Positions 45,764 through 56,481 of a stretch of DNA of 64,000 nucleotides are shown here, in pieces. A model generated the notes under the pieces. That model made no database searches, was not told the origin of the DNA, and saw only the letters and a list, made by a program, of their open reading frames with translations. The first letter of the stretch is position 1. Each line of letters opens with the position of its first letter. The position numbers and the translations under genes are program-made. Origin of the DNA: Gemmatimonadota bacterium (GTDB lineage Bacteria; Latescibacterota; UBA2968; UBA8231). The DNA lies in contig JAYPJE010000013.1 of assembly GCA_038128265.1 (NCBI GenBank), forward strand, positions 22,908-86,907. Reading direction: 5' to 3'.

Positions 45764-47676
45764 TAGTAGTAGAATGCGTAGAGCAGGGAGGCACCGCCAA
45801 TGCCGACGCTGGTTCCCAAGATCAAGCCGATAAAGAGGGGCAGCATGCGCCGGTAGAGCACGATGCCGCCGTAGCGCAGGATGAGCAGCTTGATCAGCCA
45901 GGTGATAAACATACCGAACCAGTCAATGCTGACGGTATTGGTCAATGCCACCGCTAGGCCAACCGGGTGCAGCGGCCAGCTGACCCAGCGGTAGGAAGCC
46001 AGCGAAAGCAGGCCCGCCCACGCCGCGCCTATGAAAACAAAGAGTGCAGCTAGCGGCTCGGGTGGGTTGGGGTTGTTTATGGTATTGGCAACCCAAGACC
46101 AGTGGTACTGCGGCGACATGACGAAGTACCATACGTAGCCGTGCACCAAGCCGTGGCGATAGCCTAGATAAATATACGAGACAATTGTAGTGACCAGCCC
46201 TACGGCCATGGCTGCGCCGAGAAAGACCAGTAGCCTGCGGCCGCTTATCCGCAGCCGCGCCGGTTCGCAGACCTTAAAGGCGTGCGCTAGCGTCCCCATG
46301 AGAAAAAGCTGCAGGTCGGCTGCCCAGACCATACTGAGCCCCAGTGCGCTAATGCCTTGAGCGCCGATGGTCTCCGAGCCGGCGATATTGGTTATGATGG
46401 GAGGCGTTGATGTGGGCGCGCGCAGGCGCCCAATGCCGGTCTGTGCCAGCAGACGCGCAATGCCAAAAAACACCAGAAGCGACACGCCGAGAAAGACGAT
46501 GCTCCAGCCCAGAGCTAGACCGCTGGCGTTGAGGAAGCCGGTCATATAGACTAGGCCAACCAAGCCGAGCACAACAGCCAGGCGCGGCGAAACAAGATTG
46601 TGGTCGTCGCTGCGCTTGCCGACGATGATATGCCACTGCTCGCGGAGAAAATCGCGCCCCAGCCACAGGGAGATGGCGACGATGCATAGTAGGGAGCCGA
46701 CCTGCTGGTGGGCCAGTAGCACATTGGCTGGAGCATGAGGTTGGGCCGGCAGCGGTGCGCCGATGCCCAGATAGTCGAGCAGGCTGGCTTCGGCGCCGAT
46801 CAGCAGGTGGAAAATCCAGATACTGGCCAGCACATTGAGGTTGACCAGATAGCTCAGCCCAACGACGAGTAAATCGGTGTTGAGCTGGTATGAGAGGCCA
46901 AATTGGCGCACTTCAATGCGGCCGCTGGGAATGCCCAAATGGCCGATGAGCTCAAAGTCAAAGAGTTGGTCGAGGGCGTTGATCGTGGGAAAGTGCCACG
47001 CAAAGAGAAAGCCCAGCCACAGCAGCTTGCTGCGCAATATGGAGGTGCGCGGTTTTTCGACGCTGTCCAATAGCAAGTTGGGAACGGCGGCCAGCGGATA
47101 GGCGAGGCGCTCGCGCTGGGACCACTGGTTGTGCACCAGCGCGATAAGGGCAAAGCTGACGAGAAAAAAGGCCAGCATAAAGAGACCCCACCACAGCATG
47201 GGTTCCCACCACAGGCCCCAGGGAATGGCTGCGCCTTCTGCGGTTCCCTCGAAGAGCTGGCGAATGGCCTCTGCATCGCGCGGGGCGGCCCAAGATGGAA
47301 TGTGCGGCCAGAGAATGTCGGACCAGTTATTTTCCGGTGTCGCGTAATAAAAGACCCCGGCGATCAGCGGGATAAAATAGCCGCCAAAGCCCATGGATGG
47401 CAGCACGGTAGCGACCATTAGGCCGGCGTAGATAAGAGCAAAATTGGCCGGTGAGAGAGCGAGAGTCGAACGCAGTAAACGCAGGGCTAACGAGCACAGC
47501 GTAGTCCAGAATATTAGGAAGATGACGCCGATGGTGTTGAAGTGGTCCGTCAGGCCGGTGTACGAGCCGTAGAGCACGTAGGTGCGCACGCTGGTAAAGG
47601 TCATAAAGATCGAAAAGATCATGACCAGCACAAAGGAGAAGAACACGCCTGCGCGCGAGGAATGTGGAAGCGACAT
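45760..47676 (-). CDS. DUF6785/DUF6784-like multi-pass membrane protein (second paralogue)
   Basis: YYATPENNW, QWSQRERLAYPL, RLLAQTG, WPLHPVG, RYGG..LYRR..PLFIGLILG. Confidence 0.8.
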   Translation of the reverse strand: MSLPHSSRAGVFFSFVLVMIFSIFMTFTSVRTYVLYGSYTGLTDHFNTIGVIFLIFWTTLCSLALRLLRSTLALSPANFALIYAGLMVATVLPSMGFGGYFIPLIAGVFYYATPENNWSDILWPHIPSWAAPRDAEAIRQLFEGTAEGAAIPWGLWWEPMLWWGLFMLAFFLVSFALIALVHNQWSQRERLAYPLAAVPNLLLDSVEKPRTSILRSKLLWLGFLFAWHFPTINALDQLFDFELIGHLGIPSGRIEVRQFGLSYQLNTDLLVVGLSYLVNLNVLASIWIFHLLIGAEASLLDYLGIGAPLPAQPHAPANVLLAHQQVGSLLCIVAISLWLGRDFLREQWHIIVGKRSDDHNLVSPRLAVVLGLVGLVYMTGFLNASGLALGWSIVFLGVSLLVFFGIARLLAQTGIGRLRAPTSTPPIITNIAGSETIGAQGISALGLSMVWAADLQLFLMGTLAHAFKVCEPARLRISGRRLLVFLGAAMAVGLVTTIVSYIYLGYRHGLVHGYVWYFVMSPQYHWSWVANTINNPNPPEPLAALFVFIGAAWAGLLSLASYRWVSWPLHPVGLAVALTNTVSIDWFGMFITWLIKLLILRYGGIVLYRRMLPLFIGLILGTSVGIGGASLLYAFYYY

Positions 47677-47936
47677 AGGGCCTAGTTATAGCTGTGAGAT
47701 ATCGTGCGCTCAGGGGGTAACTTAGGGTATTTGGCGAACGCATCAATAGCCAATTTCTATATCCGGCACGCGTTGACAAATAAGGGATAAATGTGTTAGT
47801 CATATGTCTGCGCAGTCGAGCGGGTATAAGCGGTTTCTGAACGGCACAATCGCCGTCGGCATCCCCTGCTGGCGAGTGCGCCGAGTTGGCCAGTAGCGCC
47901 TGTATGGATGCCTATTCCCACCTACGGAGAACGATT

Positions 47937-49679
47937 ATGTATCGCCTATTTATCGCCGCTTGCCTGGCCCTGACGGCCTGCACCGGTCAGCCATCAGACG
48001 ATTCTACCGCACAGTCGCTCAAGAAGGTGCCGCGCAACCGCACGCTGATTATGGACTGCGCTGAGGGCAATACCTGTGCGGGCCAGATACAGGATTACAA
48101 CAGCTTTAACCCGTTTATCCCCGGCAGCATTTCGCGTATCGGCTTTAACTTTCTCTACGAGCCGCTCTACTTTTTTAATGCCTACGAAACCAATTCCGAA
48201 CTGATGCCGTGGATAGCCGAAAGCCATCAATTCAACGAGGATTTTACCGAATTAACGGTGCGCATCCGGCCGGGTGTCGAGTGGAGCGATGGCCATCCGT
48301 GGACGGCGCACGATTTTGTCTTCACGATCAATATGTTGCGCACGCACGCGCCGCAGCTAGTGCACTCGACGGATATGGAGGCGTGGGTTAAAGACGCCGT
48401 TGCGCTCGATGATATGACGGCGCGCGTCGTTTTGAAAGCGCCCAATCCGCGCTTCTTGTTTAGCTACTTCGTGCACAGCGGTGACCAGGGCGTGCCCATC
48501 GTGCCGAAGCACATTTGGGAAGGCCAAGATCCGCTGACGTTTTCCAATTACGATCCGCAAAAGGGCTGGCCGGTGCTGACGGGTCCCTATTACATGGCCC
48601 TATCGGAGCCGGCTCAGCGCATTTGGGATCTGCGCGCGGATTGGTGGGCTAAAAAGATCGGCTTTCAAGAATTGCCCAAGGTAGAGCGACTGATTTACCT
48701 GACGTATATGGAAGAGACCAAACGCGTTCAGAACCTGATTACCAACGCGCTGGATACCTGTTTGGAACTGCGTCCCGCCAATATCGTATCGCTGCTAGAA
48801 GCCAACCCCAATATTACGACGTGGACCGGTCGACAGCCGCCCTACAGCTACATTACGTGGTGGCCTATTTCGCTTGGGTTTAATGCGCTCGAGGAGCCGT
48901 GGTCGGATCCAGAGATGCGCCGCGCGGTCAACTTTGCTATTGATCGCGACCAGCTCGTCGAAATCGGCTGGCAGAACTCGGGGGCGTGGTCGCACCTGCC
49001 GCTGCCCGATTTGCCGCAAATGCGCCCCTACTTTGATCTATCCGAGGACCTGATAGAAAAATACGAGATTGGCGTATTTGACCTCGAGCGCAGTGCGGCT
49101 ATTTTGCGCGCCAAAGGCTATGTGCGCACGGGCGAGTTCTGGGAAAGGGATGGGCGTCCCCTGAGCATGGTAATCGATATCTTTTCGCACTTTCAGGATT
49201 TTACGCCCGTGCTGGTGGCGCAGCTCAAACGCGCCGGCATCGATGCCTCTTTCCGCATGACGTCCGATTTTAACACGCGTCTGCGCATGGGCACGGCGCG
49301 TGCGTACTTATTTGGCAACTTTAGCTCCGTGCGCGACCCCTACTTTGTCCTGCGCCAGTATCACCAGCGCTTTGTCCATCCAACGGACCAGCCAGCCGAC
49401 ATGCCGTGGCGCTGGGATAACGAAGCGTACAGCAGTCTCGTCGACCGCATGGGGCAGACGCCGACGGACGCCCCTGAAATGGCTGAGTTGTACCGCCAGG
49501 CCATGGATATATGGCTGCGCGAACTGCCGTCGATTCCCCTCGTGCAGTGGCCGCACCGCATTCCACACAACGAGACCTACTGGACAAATTGGCCGACGCA
49601 GGACAATCCCTATATAAACAGCGCCTATTGGAGCAGAACGTGGCTGCTGGTGCTGCTTAATTTACAGCCGACTTCGTGA
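47937..49679 (+). CDS. ABC transporter family-5 (peptide/oligosaccharide) substrate-binding lipoprotein
   Basis: GGAGA RBS; lipobox LTAC; PWIAES...IRPGVEWSDGHPWTAHDFVFT; PWSDPEMRRAVNFAIDR. Confidence 0.9.
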   Translation: MYRLFIAACLALTACTGQPSDDSTAQSLKKVPRNRTLIMDCAEGNTCAGQIQDYNSFNPFIPGSISRIGFNFLYEPLYFFNAYETNSELMPWIAESHQFNEDFTELTVRIRPGVEWSDGHPWTAHDFVFTINMLRTHAPQLVHSTDMEAWVKDAVALDDMTARVVLKAPNPRFLFSYFVHSGDQGVPIVPKHIWEGQDPLTFSNYDPQKGWPVLTGPYYMALSEPAQRIWDLRADWWAKKIGFQELPKVERLIYLTYMEETKRVQNLITNALDTCLELRPANIVSLLEANPNITTWTGRQPPYSYITWWPISLGFNALEEPWSDPEMRRAVNFAIDRDQLVEIGWQNSGAWSHLPLPDLPQMRPYFDLSEDLIEKYEIGVFDLERSAAILRAKGYVRTGEFWERDGRPLSMVIDIFSHFQDFTPVLVAQLKRAGIDASFRMTSDFNTRLRMGTARAYLFGNFSSVRDPYFVLRQYHQRFVHPTDQPADMPWRWDNEAYSSLVDRMGQTPTDAPEMAELYRQAMDIWLRELPSIPLVQWPHRIPHNETYWTNWPTQDNPYINSAYWSRTWLLVLLNLQPTS

Positions 49680-49777
49680 CGGACTAAACTTCATTACAAA
49701 TTTATTATTCTAAATCGCTGCGGCGTGCAGGCAGTGCCTGCGCACGCATGTGAGAAGGTCGACTAGAAAGGATCTAT

Positions 49778-50932
49778 ATGGATGTGGTACGCGTAGGCAT
49801 TATTGGTTTGGGCGGTATGGGCAGTAACCACGCTGGCTATCTTTCGCGCGGCGAAATTCCCGGCGCAACGCTGTCGGCCGTTTGCGACGTCGATGCGTCC
49901 CGGCTGCAGGGGGTGCAAGAGAAATACGGCGAAGGCGTGCAGGCCTTTGACTCGGCCGATGCACTCTTTGCTGCCAAGTGCGTCGATGCCGTCATTGTCG
50001 CGACGCCGCACTACTTTCATCCGCCGCTGGTCATTCAGGCGTTGGAATCTGGCCATCACGCCATGAGCGAGAAGCCAGCTGGTGTGTACACCAAGCAGGT
50101 GCGCGAAATGAACGAGGTGGCCGCCAAGAGCGATCGCGTCTTCGGCGTGATGTTTAACCAGCGCACCCGCGGCGACCACCAAAAGCTAAAAGAGCTGGTC
50201 GAGTCGGGGGAACTGGGGCAAATCAAGCGCACGATCTACATCATCAACAACTGGTTCCGCGCCCAGAGTTACTACGACTCGGGTGGTTGGCGCGCCACCT
50301 GGGCCGGTGAGGGGGGCGGTGTGCTGGCCAACCAATGTCCGCACAACCTCGACCTGTGGCAGTGGATATGCGGCATGCCCAAGCGTGTGCGCGCCTTTTG
50401 CCACTTTGGCAAGTACCACGATATCGAGGTCGAAGACGACGTGACGGCCTACGTGGAATACGATAACGGGGCTACGGGCGTCTTTATTACGTCGACGGGT
50501 GAAGCGCCGGGCACTAACCGCCTAGAAATTTCGGCCGATAATGGCAAAGTCGTTTTAGAAGGTGGCAATATCACTTTTTGGCGCACGCGCGTGCCGAGCG
50601 GTCAGTTTTTAAAAGAGTGGCCTAACGGCTTTGGCAGCCCGGAGGTTTGGAAGTGCGAAGTGCCCTTTCGCAGGGGCGGCGAAGAGCATAAGGGCATTAC
50701 AAAAGACTGGGTGCAGGCCATACAAAAGGGCACGCCCCTGCTGGCTGCCGGCGACGAGGGCATTCGCGGCGTCGAACTGGCCAATGCGATGATGCTGTCG
50801 ACGTGGACGGACGGTTGGGTGGATATCCCGGTCGACGAAGAGCGCTTTTATGCAGAGCTACAAAAGCGCGTGGCCCAGTCTAAAACAAAAGAGGGTGGCG
50901 GTACGGTAATGAACGTCGACGGGACGTTTTAA
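49778..50932 (+). CDS. Gfo/Idh/MocA family oxidoreductase
   Basis: VGIIGLGGMG, IVATPHYFH, SEKP, WRATWAGEGGGVLANQCPHNLD. Confidence 0.93.
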   Translation: MDVVRVGIIGLGGMGSNHAGYLSRGEIPGATLSAVCDVDASRLQGVQEKYGEGVQAFDSADALFAAKCVDAVIVATPHYFHPPLVIQALESGHHAMSEKPAGVYTKQVREMNEVAAKSDRVFGVMFNQRTRGDHQKLKELVESGELGQIKRTIYIINNWFRAQSYYDSGGWRATWAGEGGGVLANQCPHNLDLWQWICGMPKRVRAFCHFGKYHDIEVEDDVTAYVEYDNGATGVFITSTGEAPGTNRLEISADNGKVVLEGGNITFWRTRVPSGQFLKEWPNGFGSPEVWKCEVPFRRGGEEHKGITKDWVQAIQKGTPLLAAGDEGIRGVELANAMMLSTWTDGWVDIPVDEERFYAELQKRVAQSKTKEGGGTVMNVDGTF

Positions 50933-50946
50933 CGGAGAGGATAGCA

Positions 50947-51738
50947 ATGAAACTAGCGCTAATGCCGGGCGAAACCGTCTCTCGCACCGAGCTAAACGAA
51001 TTGGGTTTTGCCGCTGTGCAGATGTTTTGGGGCCACGGGCCCGAAGGAGATAAAGACGACCCGACGCCCGAAGCAATTGACGCTATATTGCACGAGGGAA
51101 ATATCGCGCTGGCGGCCATGACGCTGCACGTCGACTTGGTCGGTGCGCAGGGCGCGTTGCCTGCCGACGTGGAACGGCTACTGCGCTGCGTCGAAAAGAC
51201 CGCTGCGCTCAATGGGCGCTTTGGCGACAACGAGCGGCCGATTCTGGTCTGGCACCCCTCCGGCTACCCTAACGGCGATGACGTGGACGACCGAGCCGTT
51301 TTTGAGGGTTTGTGCACTGCGCTGGAGAAAGCCTGTGCGCGGGCGGAGGCGTTGGGTGTGTATATCGCAGTCGAAATCACGCGTGCAGGCAGCATTGGCA
51401 GCGCGGAGACCTTTCTACACGTAAAGGATCGCGTCCGATCGCCCGCCCTAAAGGTGTGTATCGACGCAGCCAACTTCGTGCCCGACCGCACCCCGCTGCT
51501 GCGCGCCGTGCGTGCGATGCGCGCCGATATCGTTATTGCACACGGCAAGGACTCGAGTTTCAAGGACAACGGCGAAGTGGCAGACTACGGGCCGACGGGG
51601 TCGGGCAAGCTCGACTATGGCGCCTATATTGCCGCATTGCAGCAGTATGCGCCGGTGCCGTACTTCGTGCTCGAGTACTATCGTTCCCGCGACGACCTGC
51701 TGCGCGCGCGCGATATCGTGCGCGCGGCGATGCACTAG
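50947..51738 (+). CDS. Sugar phosphate isomerase/epimerase (xylose-isomerase-like TIM barrel)
   Basis: GVYIAVE, CIDAAN, AHGKD, GSGKLDY, VLEY metal-ligand pattern. Confidence 0.82.
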   Translation: MKLALMPGETVSRTELNELGFAAVQMFWGHGPEGDKDDPTPEAIDAILHEGNIALAAMTLHVDLVGAQGALPADVERLLRCVEKTAALNGRFGDNERPILVWHPSGYPNGDDVDDRAVFEGLCTALEKACARAEALGVYIAVEITRAGSIGSAETFLHVKDRVRSPALKVCIDAANFVPDRTPLLRAVRAMRADIVIAHGKDSSFKDNGEVADYGPTGSGKLDYGAYIAALQQYAPVPYFVLEYYRSRDDLLRARDIVRAAMH

Positions 51739-51750
51739 GAGGCGCAAAAG

Positions 51751-52485
51751 ATGGAACTCACGCTGCGCTGGCATGCCTTAGAGCGCGATGCCCATCGGCG
51801 CTCGGTCTGGGCCGTGCGCGAAGAAATGCGCAACTGGTCGGCCAACGAGACGGCACTGCTGCTGTGCGATGTGTGGGATGGACACTGGTGCCGCGGAGCG
51901 GTCGAGCGCTTGGATGGGCTGCTGCCGCGCATGCAGCAGGTCGTGGAGACCGCGCGTGCTCAGGGAGTGCAGATTGTGCATGCCCCATCCGATACGATGG
52001 ATTTTTACGCCGATTCGTTGGCGCGCCGGCGCGCGCTAGAAGCGCCGTCCCTAGAGCCCCCACCGGATGCGGAGCACCCCGATCCACCGCTGCCGATTGA
52101 TGCTTCGGATGACGGGTCCGATACGCCAGACGACGTGCCCCACAGGGCTTGGACGCGGCAACATCCGGCCATTAAAATCGACGAAGAGCGCGACATAGTT
52201 AGCGATCGCGGCACCGAAGTCTACAGCTTTTTACGGCATCGGCGTATCCAACACCTGCTCATTATGGGCGTGCATACCAATATGTGCGTGTTGCACCGGA
52301 GCTTTGCCATCAAGCAAATGGTGCGCTGGGGGGTCGACGTGGCGCTGGTGCGCGACCTGACAGACACCATGTACAATCCGGCCATGCCGCCTTACGTCAG
52401 CCACGAGGAGGGCACGCGGTTGGTGGTGGAATTTATCGAAAAGTTCTGGTGCCCAAGCATCGACAGCGGCGATTTGCTCAACTGA
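51751..52485 (+). CDS. Isochorismatase/cysteine hydrolase family protein
   Basis: TALLLCDVWD, IVHAPSD, GVHTNMCVL, VRDLTD. Confidence 0.85.
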   Translation: MELTLRWHALERDAHRRSVWAVREEMRNWSANETALLLCDVWDGHWCRGAVERLDGLLPRMQQVVETARAQGVQIVHAPSDTMDFYADSLARRRALEAPSLEPPPDAEHPDPPLPIDASDDGSDTPDDVPHRAWTRQHPAIKIDEERDIVSDRGTEVYSFLRHRRIQHLLIMGVHTNMCVLHRSFAIKQMVRWGVDVALVRDLTDTMYNPAMPPYVSHEEGTRLVVEFIEKFWCPSIDSGDLLN

Positions 52486-52513
52486 CATAGCGGCTAGGAG
52501 AGAGGATATAGGC

Positions 52514-54016
52514 ATGCGCGACGAACGTCCCCACATCATTCTGATTATGACCGACCAGCAGCGTGTCGATACTATTGGCGGCTGGGGATATGGGCATATG
52601 ACGACGCCGCATATGGATCGTCTAGCGGCAGAAGGGTTGTCTTTTCGCAACGCCTATTGCCCCGGTGCCACCTGTATGGCGTCGCGTGCGGCCATTTTTA
52701 CCGGCATGTATCCGCACAATACCGGCGTCTACGCCTTTGACGAGTGGGCGCACCATCGCAACTGGGTTGAGGATCTCGCCGAAGCGGGCTATTGGTGCGT
52801 CAATATAGGCAAGATGCACTTGGGGCCCGTGCGGGCGGCGGGCGGCTTTCACGAGCGCGTCGTCGTTGAAAATCCCAATAACGGTTCGCTGGCCAGCGGC
52901 CGCGACGACGACGATTGGGGGCGCTTTCTAACGCTCAACGGCGCCGAGCGGCCCTACGATCGCCACCTGAAAGATCCCGCCTGGCGCCAGAAGCTGCAGG
53001 GAGCCGTTTGGGAACTCGAAGAGCATCTGCACAGCGATGTATACATCGGCGATATGGCCGCCAGTTGGATCGGCGCCCACCGCGGCGACGGGCCGCTCTT
53101 TCTGCAGGTAGGTTTTACCGGTCCGCACGAGCCGTGGGATCCGCTGCAGCGCCACCTCGACCTTTACGCGGAGCGCGATATGCCCGCGCCAATAGGCGAT
53201 GAAGGCGATCTGGAGGACAAGCCGCCGCAGCACGAGGCGCACCGAAAGCGCCTGCGCGATGCGCTGGCCAGCCACGAATCGGGCATCGACCTTTACGCCG
53301 CATCTGCCGAAGATATCGAGCGCATGCGTCGGCACTACTATGCCAAAGTGACGACGGTCGACGAGCAAGTTGGCAAAGTGGTTGATGCTCTGGCAGAAAA
53401 AGGCTATTTGGACAACAGTCTGCTGGTTTTTTGCTCGGACCACGGCGAATTGCTCGGCGATCATGCATTGGCTTATAAGTGGCTGATGTATGAACAGGTC
53501 ACCAACATACCGCTTATTGTGCGCGATAGCCGACGACCCGAGTTGGGCGGACAGCAGACGCGCGATTTGGTCTCGCTGATGGATCTGGGCCCGACGCTGC
53601 TCGAAGCGGCGGGCGTGGACGTGCCCAGCTATATGGAGGGGCGTTCGCTCAATCCATATCTGGCGGGGAAAGACGATGCTTTTGCACCGCGCGCGCGCGT
53701 ATTCTGCGAGGACAATTACGAAATAATGATGCGCGAAGCGCGCTACAAGATGGTCTACTATATCGGCCAAGAGCAGGGCGAACTCTACGATTTGGAAAAT
53801 GACCCCAACGAGTGCGAGAATCTGTGGGATCGCGCCTCGCATGCCGAGTGCCAGGGGGCCATGCTGCGTAGACTGCTCGAATGGCTAGCTACCAGCACCT
53901 ATTATAACGCAGGCTACAAGCGCGGCCGCACGCGCCGCTACACCATGTGCTGGCCGCGGGCCGAAGATCCCTACCTGACGGCTGCCTGTGCGGTCGACCG
54001 CCCCGTCGATGTGTAA
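52514..54016 (+). CDS. Formylglycine-dependent sulfatase, cytoplasmic
   Basis: PHIILIMTDQQR, TPHMDRLA, CMASRAAIFTGMYP, GKMH, PHEP, SDHGE; no signal peptide. Confidence 0.9.
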   Translation: MRDERPHIILIMTDQQRVDTIGGWGYGHMTTPHMDRLAAEGLSFRNAYCPGATCMASRAAIFTGMYPHNTGVYAFDEWAHHRNWVEDLAEAGYWCVNIGKMHLGPVRAAGGFHERVVVENPNNGSLASGRDDDDWGRFLTLNGAERPYDRHLKDPAWRQKLQGAVWELEEHLHSDVYIGDMAASWIGAHRGDGPLFLQVGFTGPHEPWDPLQRHLDLYAERDMPAPIGDEGDLEDKPPQHEAHRKRLRDALASHESGIDLYAASAEDIERMRRHYYAKVTTVDEQVGKVVDALAEKGYLDNSLLVFCSDHGELLGDHALAYKWLMYEQVTNIPLIVRDSRRPELGGQQTRDLVSLMDLGPTLLEAAGVDVPSYMEGRSLNPYLAGKDDAFAPRARVFCEDNYEIMMREARYKMVYYIGQEQGELYDLENDPNECENLWDRASHAECQGAMLRRLLEWLATSTYYNAGYKRGRTRRYTMCWPRAEDPYLTAACAVDRPVDV

Positions 54017-54176
54017 CGCCGCTGCCCCATGCGCATCGTCTGTTAATTTCTACATATTCAAATAGCACTTTGCCCAGAGCACCCGGTGCGTCTTCTGGCC
54101 CGTTCTGTTGGCGGTCGGGTGCTCCCTACGGTATGTTTGATTCATTGTTGGATGTTCTTTTTTGAAAGGAACGTGC

Positions 54177-56474
54177 GTGAAGTTTGCTGTTGTGTGCTTT
54201 TTGGGGGTTTTGTTGGGATGGGAACCTGCGGCTGCAGACACGGGAGAAACCGGCCGTACGCGCATCGAGGTGCCGCTCTTTGAGGGAGGAGCCGGTCTCG
54301 ATTTCTTTTTCCTCACGGCGCGTCAGTACGAAGCGGTGCGCCCGGACGTGGCTGTCGATCTGTATGGTGATCCGCGCATTGTCGACAAAGTGCGCGTGCG
54401 CATTCTCGAAGGCACGTTTCCCGAGGTCAGCAATGCCGGTCTCAACTGGTGGGCGCTGATTCGCAACGGCGAAGTATTGCCGCTTGATGCATACCTCGAC
54501 GGGCCTAGCTGGGAAGGCGATCGCAGCTGGCGCGAGTCCTTTTTGCCGGGCAGTCTAGATCGCTATCAGCAGGACGGCAAGGTCTACGGTATTCCATTGC
54601 TCTACTCGCTCTACGCCGTCTGGTATAACAAGAATATGTTTGAGGAGCACGGCTGGGAGATTCCGCGCACCTGGGCTGAGTTCCACGCCCTTTGTCAGAA
54701 GATTAAAGAAGCGGGTATTTGGCCGCTGGCTTTCCAGGGACGTTATCCCGGCTATATCGCCGGCGTGCTCGACGACGCCTATTACCATCTGGCCGGGCGT
54801 CGGCGCTACTACGATCAGAAAGACTTGGTCCCGGGCAGCTTTGACAATCCCGAATTTGTCGAAGCGCTGGGATTGGTACAGCGCACGGCGCGGGATTACT
54901 TCCAGCCCGGTGCACTGGGCATGAGCCATACCGAGGCGCAGCTGGAATTTTTCTTGGGCCGCGCGGCCATGGTATTTTGTGGATCCTGGCTCAAAAGTGA
55001 AATGATGGGCAAGATTCCCGACGGTTTTCGCCTCGGCGCTTTTAACTTGCCTACGGTGGAAAACGGCGCGGCCGATGCCAGTGCCGATGCCATCTACACG
55101 TCGTCGGGTTACTTCTTCATCTTGAAAAACAGCGCCCATCCCGAGGAAGGCGTCGATTTTATGCGCTTTATGACGTCGCGCGAAATGGCCGGCACCTTTG
55201 CCGAAATGCGCGACGTGCTAGTGGCCGTCGACGGTTCTATGGAAGGGCGGCTGAGCGAGGACCTGAGCGATCTGGTAGCGCTGGCGCAGCGCGCGACCAC
55301 TACCTATGGATCGGCGCCGGGCGAGGGCTATCCCGAGATGGACCAGTTTCTCAACGACGTCCGCTTCAAGATTATCAACGGACAGATGACGCCGCAGGAG
55401 GGGGCAGCTGAGTTGGAGTCAGCCGCTGCTGTCGTGCGCAATCGCGCTGCTGATCCGGATCGAATTACCGTGCGCCACGTGTGGAAGCCGATGCTGCTGC
55501 TGGGGTTGCTGGCGCTGGCGATGAGCTATTGGCTGTATACGACCGCGCGCCAGTGGCAGCAGCGGCGCGAGGGCATGGTGGCCCATCCCAGCGGTCGCGT
55601 GCGCCTGTCCTGGGCATGGGTGCTGTTTTTTGTCGGACCAGCCGCCGCGTTTTACACCCTCTTTGTCATTGTGCCAAGCATCAAGTCCTTTGCCTGGAGT
55701 ACGGTGCGTTGGGATGGTCTGACGGAGATGACCTTTGTCGGCCTACTACACTTCGAGCGCTTGCTCTTGGAGAGCGACGAGTTTTGGATCGCACTGAGCA
55801 ATAACCTCTTTATCATGTTTGTGATACCGGCCTGCGTGCTGCCGCTGGCTCTGTTTCTAGCCGTGTGCATCAGTCGTCAGGTGCGGGGTGCACAGCTGTT
55901 TCGCATCGCGTTCTTCTTTCCCAACATCCTCGGCGGCGTGGCGGCAACGCTCCTGTGGATGCACTTATACAATCCGCAGGGTGGGCCGATTAATACGGTG
56001 CTGGTTGCTCTCGGTATGAGCGGGTTTGAGGGCTATGCCTGGCTAGCCCAGGACAACCTCTACTGGGCGCTGGTGCCGATGGCTATTTGGGGAGCCGCCG
56101 GATTCAATATGATTCTATTCTTAGCGGCTATGGAGAGCATTCCGCAGAGCCTCTACGAAGCGGCCGATATCGACGGTGCGTCGGCCTGGCGTCAGTTTTG
56201 GTCGATTACGCTGCCGCTGATTTGGGAAGTGTTATCGATCTCTATCGTTTTTATGATCATCGGCGGTATGAAGGCATTTGAAGTGATATGGCTGCTTACG
56301 AATCAGGCGCCGACTACGGACAACCACGTTATCGGCACGCGCATGGTGCAGGCGATGTTTGGCGAATTTAAAGTCGGCGAGGCTACGGCCATTGCCGTGC
56401 TGCTCTTTCTCATGGTCTTCTTCGGCACAACGGCCACGCTGCGTGCTATGAAGCGCGAAACGGTGGAGTTTTGA
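54177..56474 (+). CDS. Fused extracellular sugar-binding protein + carbohydrate ABC permease
   Basis: AAAGGA RBS, GTG start. SBP motifs DGKVYGIP, WYNKNMF, F..G.AAM..GSW; then TM domain with EAA loop SLYEAADIDGA. Confidence 0.88.
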   Translation: MKFAVVCFLGVLLGWEPAAADTGETGRTRIEVPLFEGGAGLDFFFLTARQYEAVRPDVAVDLYGDPRIVDKVRVRILEGTFPEVSNAGLNWWALIRNGEVLPLDAYLDGPSWEGDRSWRESFLPGSLDRYQQDGKVYGIPLLYSLYAVWYNKNMFEEHGWEIPRTWAEFHALCQKIKEAGIWPLAFQGRYPGYIAGVLDDAYYHLAGRRRYYDQKDLVPGSFDNPEFVEALGLVQRTARDYFQPGALGMSHTEAQLEFFLGRAAMVFCGSWLKSEMMGKIPDGFRLGAFNLPTVENGAADASADAIYTSSGYFFILKNSAHPEEGVDFMRFMTSREMAGTFAEMRDVLVAVDGSMEGRLSEDLSDLVALAQRATTTYGSAPGEGYPEMDQFLNDVRFKIINGQMTPQEGAAELESAAAVVRNRAADPDRITVRHVWKPMLLLGLLALAMSYWLYTTARQWQQRREGMVAHPSGRVRLSWAWVLFFVGPAAAFYTLFVIVPSIKSFAWSTVRWDGLTEMTFVGLLHFERLLLESDEFWIALSNNLFIMFVIPACVLPLALFLAVCISRQVRGAQLFRIAFFFPNILGGVAATLLWMHLYNPQGGPINTVLVALGMSGFEGYAWLAQDNLYWALVPMAIWGAAGFNMILFLAAMESIPQSLYEAADIDGASAWRQFWSITLPLIWEVLSISIVFMIIGGMKAFEVIWLLTNQAPTTDNHVIGTRMVQAMFGEFKVGEATAIAVLLFLMVFFGTTATLRAMKRETVEF

Positions 56475-56481
56475 GGTTGCT

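Noticed and set aside
45761..45772. (TAG)4 run after the AKR gene
   Set aside because: It is simply the reverse complement of the C-terminal Tyr-Tyr-Tyr codons of the convergent gene.
47773..47802. TTGACA upstream of the family-5 SBP
   Set aside because: Perfect -35 but no convincing -10 at 16-18 bp, so it was not called as a promoter.
51312..52100. 262-aa alternative-frame ORF spanning two genes
   Set aside because: Arg/Ala-rich off-frame translation overlapping two clear CDSs that have their own RBSs.
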